Shown here: positions 12,952-21,693 of the stretch, piece after piece
Layout: each line of letters starts with the position of its first letter
Numbering within the stretch: position 1 is the first letter of the stretch
Origin: an uncultured Gammaproteobacteria bacterium
GTDB taxonomy: Bacteria; Pseudomonadota; Gammaproteobacteria; Steroidobacterales; Foliamicaceae
Assembly: GCA_964392625.1 (NCBI GenBank)
Contig: CAYMQG010000080.1
Coordinates: 13,335-77,334, forward strand
DNA length: 64,000 nt
Reading direction: 5' to 3'
Position numbers and translations under genes: made by a program
The notes under the pieces: generated by a model
What the model saw: the letters and a program-made list of their open reading frames with translations, nothing else
Database searches by the model: none
What the model was told of the DNA's origin: nothing

Positions 12952-13365
12952 TCAGTCGGAGAACCAGCCAAGCACCATGTCGCCCCAGAACTGATAGGCG
13001 ATCAGGCACAGCGCCGTAGCGACCAGGATCCACGTGACCAGCTTCAGGCGTCCCCAGCGCTGGACCCGGGACGGCACCAGGCCGACTTTCGCGGGAAGGC
13101 GGTCCCAGTCCGGATACTTGCGCCGGTAGTCGGCTATCAGCTCTTCGGCGTTGATCTTGAGAAGCTTGCAGTAACAGCGCAAATGACCTACGACGTGGGC
13201 ATGGGCGCCGAACATCTCGATCTTGCCCGCCTCAAGCGCGCTGACGGCATCGGTCGACAGCCGAAGCTCCTGGGCAACATCCTCAACCGTGATCATCTGC
13301 GCCCGGCGGGCGGATTGCAGCCGCTCGCCATAGGAACCGGCGGGATTCTGGGTCGTTTCTGCCAT
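12952..13365 (-). CDS. rodZ: Short RodZ-like HTH/XRE membrane protein
   Basis: HTH (GERLQSARRAQMITVEDVAQELRLSTDAVSALEAG), then a basic linker, then a single TM near the C-terminus. Conserved position after pilW/rlmN. Start is the ATG at 13365 (AGGAG upstream) or the TTG at 13386. Confidence 0.7.
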   Translation of the reverse strand: MAETTQNPAGSYGERLQSARRAQMITVEDVAQELRLSTDAVSALEAGKIEMFGAHAHVVGHLRCYCKLLKINAEELIADYRRKYPDWDRLPAKVGLVPSRVQRWGRLKLVTWILVATALCLIAYQFWGDMVLGWFSD

Positions 13366-13382
13366 CTCAACAAGTCTCCTGG

Positions 13383-13919
13383 TCAATTCTGCGTTACAAG
13401 TCGCTCCAGCAACAATTGTGCCTCGACATTAAGGGGGTCGAGCGCCAGTGCGCGCCGAAACCACTCCGCCGCGCTGTTGCTGTCCAGCGGCAGTTCGCAC
13501 ACGCCGCAGTTGGCGTAGACGGCCGCCCGGCGTATGCCCACGGCCTCCCGTGCGGCCCGTTCAAGCATCCTGAGGCCCTCGCGCGGCTTTCCGGCCCGGC
13601 GGCACTGGAAAACACCCAGGCTGTTGAGCGCCTCGACATCGCGTGGCGCCAAACGGACCGCGCGCCTGTAATGCCGCTCGGCCCGCTCCTGGTCCTCGAG
13701 GTGCTCGTAGGCCATGCCCAGGACGCGGTGGGCCTCCGATGAATCGGGATCCTGCTGAGTGGCCCGCACCAGCTTGTCGCGAGCCAGCTCCGGACGGCCC
13801 TGTGCCAGGTACGCCGCGCCCAGTTCCAGGTTCAATGCCGACGCGTCCGGACCGGCATTCAGGCCCGCCTGGCAGCCGACCGTCAGCAAGGCGGCGGCCA
13901 TGAACCACGGCAACCTCAT
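13383..13919 (-). CDS. pilW: Type IV pilus biogenesis/stability TPR lipoprotein PilW-like
   Basis: MRLPWFMAAALLTVGCQ lipobox followed by TPR repeats. ATGA overlap with the rlmN stop. The track ORF extends upstream, but that part overlaps rlmN. Confidence 0.7.
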   Translation of the reverse strand: MRLPWFMAAALLTVGCQAGLNAGPDASALNLELGAAYLAQGRPELARDKLVRATQQDPDSSEAHRVLGMAYEHLEDQERAERHYRRAVRLAPRDVEALNSLGVFQCRRAGKPREGLRMLERAAREAVGIRRAAVYANCGVCELPLDSNSAAEWFRRALALDPLNVEAQLLLERLVTQN

Positions 13920-15001
13920 GCCCGCGCGCTCATCCCGGCCGGAACGCTCATGCCGTTCAGCACCGTTCCCCGCAACTGGCCGCAGGCCGCGTCTATGTCG
14001 TCGCCACGGGTCTTGCGCGTTATGGTCATGATGCCGGCGTCCAGCAGGACCTGGCGGAAGCGGTCGATCACGTCGCGCGGCGAGCACTTGAAAGGGGCGC
14101 CTTCCACCCGGTTGTAGGGTATGAGATTGAGCTTGGCCGGCCGGTCCCGGAGCAGCCTCGCCAGGGCCCTTGCCTGGTGCGGCTGGTCATTGACGCCGTC
14201 CAGCATCACGTACTCGAACGTGATTTCGCGGCTCTCCGTCTCCCGTGCATAGTCCCAGCAGGCGTCGAGCAGCGGCCCCAGGGGATAGCGCTTGTTCAGC
14301 GGAACCAGGTGGTTGCGCAGTCCATCGTCCGGCGCATGCAGCGACAGGGCCAGGGCGACGCGGGATACCGCCGCGAGCTTGCGGATACGCGGCGTAATGC
14401 CGCTGGTGCTCAAGGTCACCCGCCGCCGCGACAGCCCCAGGCCCAGGTGATCGACGAATACGGACGCGGCGCGGACCACCTCGCGGAAATTCGCCAGCGG
14501 TTCCCCCATCCCCATGAACACGATATTGGTGATTGCCCTCTCGCCGGCCCCGATTTCCCGGCGCGCGACCAGGACCTGGGCAACGATTTCCGCGGCGCTC
14601 AAATTTCGGTTGAAGCCCATCTGGCCGGTTGCGCAGAACGGGCAGTTGACCGCGCAGCCGACCTGCGAGGACACGCACAGGGAGCCGCGGCGGCGCTCGG
14701 GAATGAAGACCGTTTCTACGACCTGTCCGCCGCCGGCGTCCAGCAGCCACTTGCGCGTGCCGTCCGCCGAGCGCTCATGCCGCAGCACGTCCGGCAGGAC
14801 CAGGCCGGCCGTCTGCGCCAGCGATTCGCGCAGCGACAGGGTCATGTCCGTCATCCTGCGCGGCTCGAGCTCGCCGCGGTGGTACAGCCACCGCATGAGC
14901 TGGCGGGCGCGGAACGCCGCTTCGCCCCGCGAAACGAACCACTCTTCCAGCTCGCCGCGCGGCAAACCCAGCAGTGAAACGGCGCCCGCTCCCCTGTTCA
15001 C
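13916..15001 (-). CDS. rlmN: 23S rRNA/tRNA (adenine-C2)-methyltransferase, radical SAM
   Basis: Radical-SAM motif CVSSQVGCAVNCPFCATG and catalytic Cys region DIDAACGQL. I picked the GTG at 15001 by N-terminal alignment (VNRGAGAVSLLGLPRGELEEWF resembles other RlmN proteins). The track ORF's upstream 93 codons overlap ndk. Confidence 0.9.
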   Translation of the reverse strand: MNRGAGAVSLLGLPRGELEEWFVSRGEAAFRARQLMRWLYHRGELEPRRMTDMTLSLRESLAQTAGLVLPDVLRHERSADGTRKWLLDAGGGQVVETVFIPERRRGSLCVSSQVGCAVNCPFCATGQMGFNRNLSAAEIVAQVLVARREIGAGERAITNIVFMGMGEPLANFREVVRAASVFVDHLGLGLSRRRVTLSTSGITPRIRKLAAVSRVALALSLHAPDDGLRNHLVPLNKRYPLGPLLDACWDYARETESREITFEYVMLDGVNDQPHQARALARLLRDRPAKLNLIPYNRVEGAPFKCSPRDVIDRFRQVLLDAGIMTITRKTRGDDIDAACGQLRGTVLNGMSVPAGMSARA

Positions 15002-15015
15002 CAGGTAGCCCGGCG

Positions 15016-15438
15016 TCAGTGGGAATGCAGTTCGGCGCGCCGGAAGAAAAAGTCGATTTCTTCGCTGGCCGTCCCGGGGCCGTCCGACCCGTGAACGACA
15101 TTGCGCTCCACGCTCTCGCCGAAGGCCGCGCGCACCGTGCCCTCGGCGGCATCCGCCGGATTGGTGGCGCCCATCAAATCGCGGTTGCGGTCGATCGCGT
15201 CTTCGCCTTCCAGGACCTGGACCATGATCGGCCCGGAGGTCATGTAGGCCACCAGGTCGTCGTAGAACGGACGTTCGCAATGCACCCGGTAGAAATCCCG
15301 GGCCTGCTGGTCGTCAAGGTGCAGCATGCGGGCGGCTATGATCGTGAGGCCCGCATCCGCGAAGCGCTTGTATATCTCGCCGATCAGGCCGCGCGCAACA
15401 CCGTCCGGCTTGATGATCGACAGGGTTCGCTGGCTCAT
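15016..15438 (-). CDS. ndk: Nucleoside diphosphate kinase
   Basis: [14 protein letters not shown] ... NVVHGSD (active-site His). 141 aa from the ATG at 15438. ATGA overlap with the iscA stop. Confidence 0.96.
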   Translation of the reverse strand: MSQRTLSIIKPDGVARGLIGEIYKRFADAGLTIIAARMLHLDDQQARDFYRVHCERPFYDDLVAYMTSGPIMVQVLEGEDAIDRNRDLMGATNPADAAEGTVRAAFGESVERNVVHGSDGPGTASEEIDFFFRRAELHSH

Positions 15439-15758
15439 ACGGTAAAGCTCTCGCCACAGCCGCATTCGCCGGTCGCGTTCGGGTTGGTAAAAATAAATTG
15501 CTCGTTCAGGTCCTTCTGCACGAAGTCCACCTCGGTCCCTTCCAGCAGCGGCAGGTTGGCGCGCGCCACGACGATGTTCAGGTCGTTCTGGCGCATAACC
15601 ACGTCGTCCCGTCCCACCTCGTCCGCATAATCCAGGACATACGAGTACCCGGAGCAGCCTGTCTCCGTAACGCCCACCCGCAGGCCAACACCGCTGCCGC
15701 GGCGTTGCAGGTACTCCAGTACTCTCGCTTCGGCGCGGGGCGTAAGGCGCAAACTCAT
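15435..15758 (-). CDS. iscA: A-type iron-sulfur carrier (IscA/ErpA/HesB family)
   Basis: 107 aa, with Cys in TGCSGYSY and the C-terminal CGCGESF motif. Confidence 0.9.
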   Translation of the reverse strand: MSLRLTPRAEARVLEYLQRRGSGVGLRVGVTETGCSGYSYVLDYADEVGRDDVVMRQNDLNIVVARANLPLLEGTEVDFVQKDLNEQFIFTNPNATGECGCGESFTV

Positions 15759-15786
15759 CGGTCTACCTCAAGGTCAATCCAGGCTA

Positions 15787-17265
15787 TCAATTATCCCCGC
15801 CCCGCAGGCAGGCTTGCAAGGCGTCGCGGGCACACAGGAGCAGCGAGCGCGCCTCCGGCGGCGGTCTGAGTTCGTCGTTCAGCCGCAAGCTCCATTCGTC
15901 AACCGCCAATTCCCGGCCGTACGATTTCAGCGCCGTGGCGCCGTTACGGGCGGCGGCGGCCAGTATCGGCGGGCCCAGCACGCGAAATGCCGTCTCGACC
16001 ACCTGGTCCCGGTCCCAGCGCGCTTCCAGGCGTATCCAGTCGCCGGCGTTGCGGCGTCCGGCTTCACCCCGCGTGATGCGTCCGGGGCCGGTCGCCAAGG
16101 CCGGTCGTTCGTCTGACAGAGCACGCAAGGAGGCAACCGCTCTCCCGAATATCGCGCCGGCCCGGTCGATTTCCTGCTCCGTGCTGAAGCGCCCCAGGCT
16201 GAACCGGATCGTGCTCCCGGCCAGAAGCGGCGAACGCCCGAGGCAGCGCAGGACGGCGGACGGCTCGTCCTGCGCCCTGGAACACGCCGAACCCAGCGAG
16301 AAAACAACACCTTCCAGCGCATCCACCAGGCTGCCGCCCTCCACGTCCTCGACGCTGACGCTGAGGATCCCGGGCGCCAACTCCGCCCCGTCACCGTTCA
16401 GCACGACACCTCCGGCCGTCCTGAGACACTGCCATAACCGCTCACGCAGGGCGTGGACCCGCCGGCCCTCGTCCTCCATGTCCTTGCCGGCGATGGCGCA
16501 GGCCGCGCCCAGCCCCGCGGCCTGGTGGGTCGGGAGCGTGCCGGGGCGCAGCGAGCGTTGCTGCCCCCCGCCGAATAGCAGCGGCTCGATCCGCGGGATC
16601 CGCTCGCGGTTGATGCACAAAGCCCCGGCGCCCTTCGGACCGTACATCTTGTGCGCGGTAAGCGACAGCAGGTCGATTCGCTGCCGGCGCATGTCCAGCG
16701 GAAGCTTGCCCGCGCTCTGCGCTGCGTCGACGTGCAGCCAGGCGCCATGTTCCGCACAGATCCCGCCGAATTCCTCAACGTCCTGAACGACGCCGATTTC
16801 GTTGTTCACGTGCATCAGCGACACGAGCACGGTGTCGGGGCGCAGCACGGACCGCAGCGCCTCCGCCGTCACCACGCCCCGCGAATCGGGCTCGAGGCAG
16901 GTCACTTCAAAACCTTCATTCCGCAACGCCAGGCAGGACTTGAGCCCGGCCGGATGCTCGCTCAGGCCGGTTATCACGTGGCGCCCGTGCCGCGATCGAT
17001 AGCGGGCCGCGCCGATCACCCCCAGCCCGATCGATTCGGTCGCGCCGGAGGTGAAGATGACCTCCTCGCCCGACAGGCCCACCAGCGCCCCCACCTGCGC
17101 CGCCGATTCGGCGATCAGTTTCCCGGCCTCTATCCCCCCCGCGTGTTGAGCGGAAGGGTTGGCGTGGGGCCCGGCGAGGAGCAGCTTGCTCATGCGCGCG
17201 GCCACGCGCCTGTCCACCGGCGTGGAGGCGGCGTAGTCCATGTAGATCGGCGCGGCCGGAGGCAT
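15787..17265 (-). CDS. Class I cysteine desulfurase (IscS/NifS-like) fused to a C-terminal cysteine-less IscU-like domain
   Basis: PLP lysine in SLTAHKMYGPKGAGAL and catalytic Cys loop LGSACSRAQDEPSAVL. The extra roughly 100 C-terminal residues align ungapped with IscU, but the ligand positions read RNAGD, GPPILAA and SLLLCARDAL (see findings). Confidence 0.85.
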   Translation of the reverse strand: MPPAAPIYMDYAASTPVDRRVAARMSKLLLAGPHANPSAQHAGGIEAGKLIAESAAQVGALVGLSGEEVIFTSGATESIGLGVIGAARYRSRHGRHVITGLSEHPAGLKSCLALRNEGFEVTCLEPDSRGVVTAEALRSVLRPDTVLVSLMHVNNEIGVVQDVEEFGGICAEHGAWLHVDAAQSAGKLPLDMRRQRIDLLSLTAHKMYGPKGAGALCINRERIPRIEPLLFGGGQQRSLRPGTLPTHQAAGLGAACAIAGKDMEDEGRRVHALRERLWQCLRTAGGVVLNGDGAELAPGILSVSVEDVEGGSLVDALEGVVFSLGSACSRAQDEPSAVLRCLGRSPLLAGSTIRFSLGRFSTEQEIDRAGAIFGRAVASLRALSDERPALATGPGRITRGEAGRRNAGDWIRLEARWDRDQVVETAFRVLGPPILAAAARNGATALKSYGRELAVDEWSLRLNDELRPPPEARSLLLCARDALQACLRGGDN

Positions 17266-17365
17266 CAGTCAATCACGTCGCAAAAGCGGCAACCGAGGCA
17301 GTAGCATACCAACAGGATCGCATTAGAATAGAGTCCCGGGACAGGACAACAAGCGGAGAATCAGC

Positions 17366-17959
17366 TTGCAGGTTTTCGATCTCGTAGAGCGGGGAGCCAG
17401 GGCCGCGAACGAACCAAATCCCGGCGCCGCCATGCACGGCATGCTGAGCGGATTGCGCGACCGGCTCGACGATGTTCACGAGGCGCTGGATTTCTGCGGT
17501 TGCGGTGAGGAAACGGACACCCCCGACCGCCAGATCTTCTACCGGTCCCCCAACCTCCTGATGATGCGCGTTTGTTTCTGCCCCGGCCTTCGCACCCCGC
17601 CGCACGATCATTCGACCTGGGCGGCGATACTGATGCTCAGCGGCAGCGAGCGCAACATCCTGTACCGCCGATGCGGCCGACATGGACTGGACAGGACCGG
17701 CGAAGTCATGCTCAAGCCCGGTTCGATCTTCCGGATGAACGAAGACACGATCCACGTGGCGGAATGCGCGACCGACGAACCGGCCATCGCGCTGCACGTC
17801 TATGGCGGTGATCTGGACTACCTTCCGCGGCGCATGTGGCACCCGCATACGCTCGAGGAATTTCCCATGAAGATTGGCCACTACCAGGAATTGTCGGTTA
17901 TTGCCTCAAACGATCTGCACGCTCCCCTGGCCGGCGCGCCGCTTGCCGCCTCCGCCTGA
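17366..17959 (+). CDS. Cupin-fold protein of the cysteine-dioxygenase-like family (COG5553-like)
   Basis: Metal-binding strand GLRTPPHDHSTWAAILMLSGSERN and a later IHVAE, as in bacterial CDO/3-mercaptopropionate dioxygenase homologues. TTG start with GGAGAA 5 nt upstream. Diverges from the desulfurase gene. The antisense ORF 17273..17881 is rejected. Confidence 0.55.
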   Translation: MQVFDLVERGARAANEPNPGAAMHGMLSGLRDRLDDVHEALDFCGCGEETDTPDRQIFYRSPNLLMMRVCFCPGLRTPPHDHSTWAAILMLSGSERNILYRRCGRHGLDRTGEVMLKPGSIFRMNEDTIHVAECATDEPAIALHVYGGDLDYLPRRMWHPHTLEEFPMKIGHYQELSVIASNDLHAPLAGAPLAASA

Positions 17960-18059
17960 TACCCCGAGAGCGCCGTATCACCCCCCATGCCGGCTCCGGC
18001 CGGCATGCGCCCTTATCACATAGCGACGATCCCGCCCTGGAAACTCCCGGTCCCGCGCG

Positions 18060-18845
18060 ATGATGCCCCTGCTGAATACCGCTACCGCCGCCGCCCGGCG
18101 GGCCGGCGACATGGCCCTGCGCTATGCCGACCGGATCGAGCAACTGACTGTGCGCAGCAAGAGCCCGAACGAGCTCGTGACGGAGGTCGACGAGGCCGCC
18201 GAACGGATCATCGTTGAGCACATTCGCACCGGCTACCCCGACCACGCCTTTCTGGGCGAAGAAGGTGGCGCCAGCGGCTCCAGCGAATACGAGTGGATTA
18301 TCGACCCGCTCGACGGCACGACCAACTACATCCACCGCTTCCCGGTATTCTGCGTGTCGCTCGCGTTGCGCCGAAAGGGCGAACTGCAGCTCGGCGTGAT
18401 TTACGACCCGATGCGGCAGGAAATGTTTACGTGCACGCGCGGGGGAGGAGCGCGGATGAACGAGCGCCGCATTCGTGCCAGCCGCCAGGAGACCCTTGCC
18501 GGAAGCCTGATAGGAACCGGATTCCCCTATCGACGCAACCTTCAGTGGGTGGACGTCTACATGCGCATGCTGCGCCAGGTGATGCGCCACACCTCCGGAG
18601 TGCGGCGGCCGGGCGCGGCGGCGCTGGACCTGGCCTACGTCGCGGCGGGACGCCTGGACGGATTCTGGGAATTCGGGCTCAAGCCCTGGGACATCGCGGC
18701 CGGCGCCCTTCTGATCGAGGAAGCGGGAGGCTGGATCTCCGGACTGGAACCGGACACCGACTGCATGGAGACGGGCCATGTGCTGGCAGGCACGCCAAAG
18801 GTGTATGCCGAACTCAGAAAGTTATTTGATAAGACCCTAAGATAG
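18060..18845 (+). CDS. suhB: Inositol monophosphatase family protein SuhB
   Basis: Motifs FLGEE, WIIDPLDGTTNY and WDIAAGALLIEEAGG. 261 aa. The last 12 or so codons are unusually AT-rich (see findings). Confidence 0.93.
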   Translation: MMPLLNTATAAARRAGDMALRYADRIEQLTVRSKSPNELVTEVDEAAERIIVEHIRTGYPDHAFLGEEGGASGSSEYEWIIDPLDGTTNYIHRFPVFCVSLALRRKGELQLGVIYDPMRQEMFTCTRGGGARMNERRIRASRQETLAGSLIGTGFPYRRNLQWVDVYMRMLRQVMRHTSGVRRPGAAALDLAYVAAGRLDGFWEFGLKPWDIAAGALLIEEAGGWISGLEPDTDCMETGHVLAGTPKVYAELRKLFDKTLR

Positions 18846-18880
18846 TATTTATAAGTTACTGTAAATATTATTTTTAGTAT

Positions 18881-19822
18881 TCAGGTTACGGCCCCGTCGT
18901 TGGCCGTTTCCTTCTTCGGCGGCAACAGGTCCGCCGTGCTCACATTGAGCGCCAGCGCCGTATTTCCCGCGACGTAAATGGAGGAATAGGTTCCCACCAC
19001 GACACCGATGATCAGCGCCGAGGAGAAACCTTTCAGGGCTTCCCCTCCGAACAGGAACAAGGCAATGAGGACCAGCAGCGTGGTCAGGCTGGTGATGACG
19101 GTGCGGCCAAGCATCTGGTTGACGGAAGTGTTCATCACGGCCTGCGCATTGCTGGTGCGGATCCTCCGGAAATTCTCCCTTATACGGTCGAACACCACGA
19201 TCGTATCGTTGAGGGAATAGCCGATCACGGCCAGAGCCGCCGCCAGGATGGTGAGATCGAACGGCAGCTGGAAAACGGAGAAGACGCCGAGGATGATGAT
19301 CACGTCATGCGCCAGCGCCGCCACCGAACCTACGGCGAATTTCCACTGGAAGCGGAACATGACGTAAAGCAGGATCATCAGCAGGGCGAAAAGAACCGCC
19401 AGCCCGCCGCGCTCGGTCAGCTCCTGACCCACCTGAGGCCCGACGAACTCGACCCGGCGCAGTTCGACCTGCTCGCCGCCCGCGCGCAGCACGCCAAGCA
19501 ACTCCTCGCCCACTCCCTCCGCGTCGATGTTCTCGCGCGGGGGAATCCGAATCAGCACGTCGCGAGCCGCGCCGAAGTTCTGCACCTGTGCGTCGGCATA
19601 GCCGGCCGCCCCAAGGTCCGATCGAATGGCTCCCAGGTTGGCGTCCGCCGGGTATCCGACTTCCAGCAGGACGCCGCCGGTGAAATCGATGCCCAGGTTG
19701 AGTTGCCGCGTAGCCAGGGAGCCCAGTGAAACGAGCACCAGGACCACCGACAGGATGGTGGCGACCCGGCGTTGACCGAAGAAGTCGATTTCGCGGCGCA
19801 GGCGCAGCAATTCCATGATCAC
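18881..19822 (-). CDS. secF: Protein translocase subunit SecF
   Basis: 313 aa, with the SecD/F 6-TM core (DFTGG, YSLNDTIVVFDRIRE). 4-nt overlap with secD. Confidence 0.95.
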   Translation of the reverse strand: MIMELLRLRREIDFFGQRRVATILSVVLVLVSLGSLATRQLNLGIDFTGGVLLEVGYPADANLGAIRSDLGAAGYADAQVQNFGAARDVLIRIPPRENIDAEGVGEELLGVLRAGGEQVELRRVEFVGPQVGQELTERGGLAVLFALLMILLYVMFRFQWKFAVGSVAALAHDVIIILGVFSVFQLPFDLTILAAALAVIGYSLNDTIVVFDRIRENFRRIRTSNAQAVMNTSVNQMLGRTVITSLTTLLVLIALFLFGGEALKGFSSALIIGVVVGTYSSIYVAGNTALALNVSTADLLPPKKETANDGAVT

Positions 19823-21657
19823 ACCGCCAGCCGGCTCAGGCGCCGCCGGCCATATACGAGATTGACCACCGCCCGGGTCCCGACGATGGCGGTGAACATG
19901 GACATCAGGATGCCCAGCGACAGCGTGATCGCGAATCCCTTGATCGGACCGGTACCGAAGGTAAACAGCACGATCGCCGCGATGAGCGTCGTGATGTTGG
20001 CGTCGGCAATCGTGACCAGGGCCTTCTCGTAGCCGGCCCGGATGCTGGCCTGCGGCGAATTGCCGTTGCGCAATTCCTCGCGGATGCGCTCGAAGATCAG
20101 CACGTTGGCGTCCACCGCCATACCCACCGTCAGCACGATGCCGGCGATTCCGGGAAGCGTCAGCGATGCCTGCAGCAGCGACAGCAGCGCCACGATCAGC
20201 ACCATGTTGGCGGCCAGCGCCATCGTCGCGATCATGCCGAAGACGCGGTAATAGATGCTGATGAACAGCACCACGAGAAAGAGGCCGACCAGAATGGCGC
20301 GCATGCCCTGATCGATGTTGTCCTGGCCGAGCGACGGCCCCACGGTCCGCTCCTCGACCTTGAAGATCGGCGCCTCCAGTGCACCGGCCCGCAACAGCAG
20401 CGCCAGGTCGCGCGCCTCCACGACGTTGAGCCCGGTGATCTGGAAGCGACTGGAGAAGACACCGCGGATCGTGGCGTCGCTGATTACCGTCTTCTCCTCA
20501 CGGGCGACGGGTTCGCCCCGTTCGTCCATTTCGCGCTTGGTCTCGATGAAAAGCACGCCCATCGGCCGGTTCAGGTTTTCCTGGGTGGCCTCCAGCATCG
20601 CGTCCGCTCCGCGCGCAGCCAGGTTGACGTGCACGGCCGGCTGGCCGTTCTCGTCGAACCCCTGCCTGGCATCGACGAGCTGACCGCCGTCGGCGATGAC
20701 GGCGCGGCGCAGGAGGATCGGACGGCCGTCAGTGTGATACTGCAACTCGCAGCCCAGCGGCGCCCGTCCCAGGCGGTCGGCCTCCAGGGCATTTTCTTCG
20801 TAGCAGGTGATCCGAAATTCCACCGTGGCGGTCGAACCAAGGATCCGCGACGCCTGTGCCGGGTCCTGCACTCCGGGCAACTGCACGACGATCCGGCCCT
20901 GCCCCTGGCGCTGCACGAGGGGTTCCGCCACCCCCAGTTCGTTCACGCGGTTGCGCAATATCGTGATGTTCTTGCTCACGGCGTTGTCGCGCAATTCCCT
21001 CAGTCGGGCCTCGCCCAGCGTCGCGGTGATCCAGCCGGCTTCCCCGTCAAACCCCGAATCGTATTCAAGATCGGGCTCGATCTCCGTGAGCAGATCTTCC
21101 GCCTGCTCCAGGTCCTCGCGACGGCGCAGTTCCACCCGCACGGCGCCATCCAGCGGCTGCACCGTGCGCCGGATCCCCTCTTCGCGCAGCCGCCGGCTGA
21201 AGTCGTCGGCGTAGCCCTCCACGCGCTTGGTCACGACTGAATCGGTGTCCACCTCGAACAGAAAATGGACGCCACCCTGCAGGTCCAGCCCGAGGCTCAT
21301 CGGCCTCAACCCCAACGCCGCAATCCAGTCCGGCGTTCGGGGCACCAGGTCCAGCGCCAGGATGTAACCGGGTCCCAGTTGCTCCACCAGCAGGTCCCGT
21401 GCGCTCAACTGGGCTTCCACCGAATCGAACCGGATCAGCAGGGAGTCTCCACGCTGCCTTGCGCCCAGGATTTCAAATCCGGCCACGGCAAGCGCCCGGC
21501 GGGCGGAGTCGGCCTCCATCTCGCTGATCCCGCCCTGGTCTTCACGCGATATCAGCACCGCGGGGTCGTCGCCGTAAAGGTTCGGAAGCGCAATCAGCCC
21601 GCCGCCAACCAGGGCGATCAGCACCAGCAGGTTCTTCCAGAGAGGATAGCGATTCAT
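19819..21657 (-). CDS. secD: Protein translocase subunit SecD
   Basis: 612 aa. Large periplasmic P1 domain (LGLDLQGG) and C-terminal TM bundle (VDANVLIFERIREE). Confidence 0.95.
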   Translation of the reverse strand: MNRYPLWKNLLVLIALVGGGLIALPNLYGDDPAVLISREDQGGISEMEADSARRALAVAGFEILGARQRGDSLLIRFDSVEAQLSARDLLVEQLGPGYILALDLVPRTPDWIAALGLRPMSLGLDLQGGVHFLFEVDTDSVVTKRVEGYADDFSRRLREEGIRRTVQPLDGAVRVELRRREDLEQAEDLLTEIEPDLEYDSGFDGEAGWITATLGEARLRELRDNAVSKNITILRNRVNELGVAEPLVQRQGQGRIVVQLPGVQDPAQASRILGSTATVEFRITCYEENALEADRLGRAPLGCELQYHTDGRPILLRRAVIADGGQLVDARQGFDENGQPAVHVNLAARGADAMLEATQENLNRPMGVLFIETKREMDERGEPVAREEKTVISDATIRGVFSSRFQITGLNVVEARDLALLLRAGALEAPIFKVEERTVGPSLGQDNIDQGMRAILVGLFLVVLFISIYYRVFGMIATMALAANMVLIVALLSLLQASLTLPGIAGIVLTVGMAVDANVLIFERIREELRNGNSPQASIRAGYEKALVTIADANITTLIAAIVLFTFGTGPIKGFAITLSLGILMSMFTAIVGTRAVVNLVYGRRRLSRLAV

Positions 21658-21693
21658 GCGCGCAACGGCGGCGCCGCGCCGTCCGGTTTCTTG

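Noticed and set aside
13916-15280. The long 454-aa version of rlmN, and likewise the long versions of tgt, hisS, pilW, ndk, dsbC, uvrB, rpsA and comEA given in the ORF track.
   Set aside because: The N-terminal extensions overlap the upstream gene and are Arg/Gly/Pro-rich. Homology-consistent internal starts exist, several of them forming ATGA stop-start overlaps.
17273-17881. A 202-aa minus-strand ORF opposite the cupin gene.
   Set aside because: It has no motifs. The plus-strand frame carries a cupin metal-binding signature and a Shine-Dalgarno-preceded start. I am only moderately sure of the strand choice.
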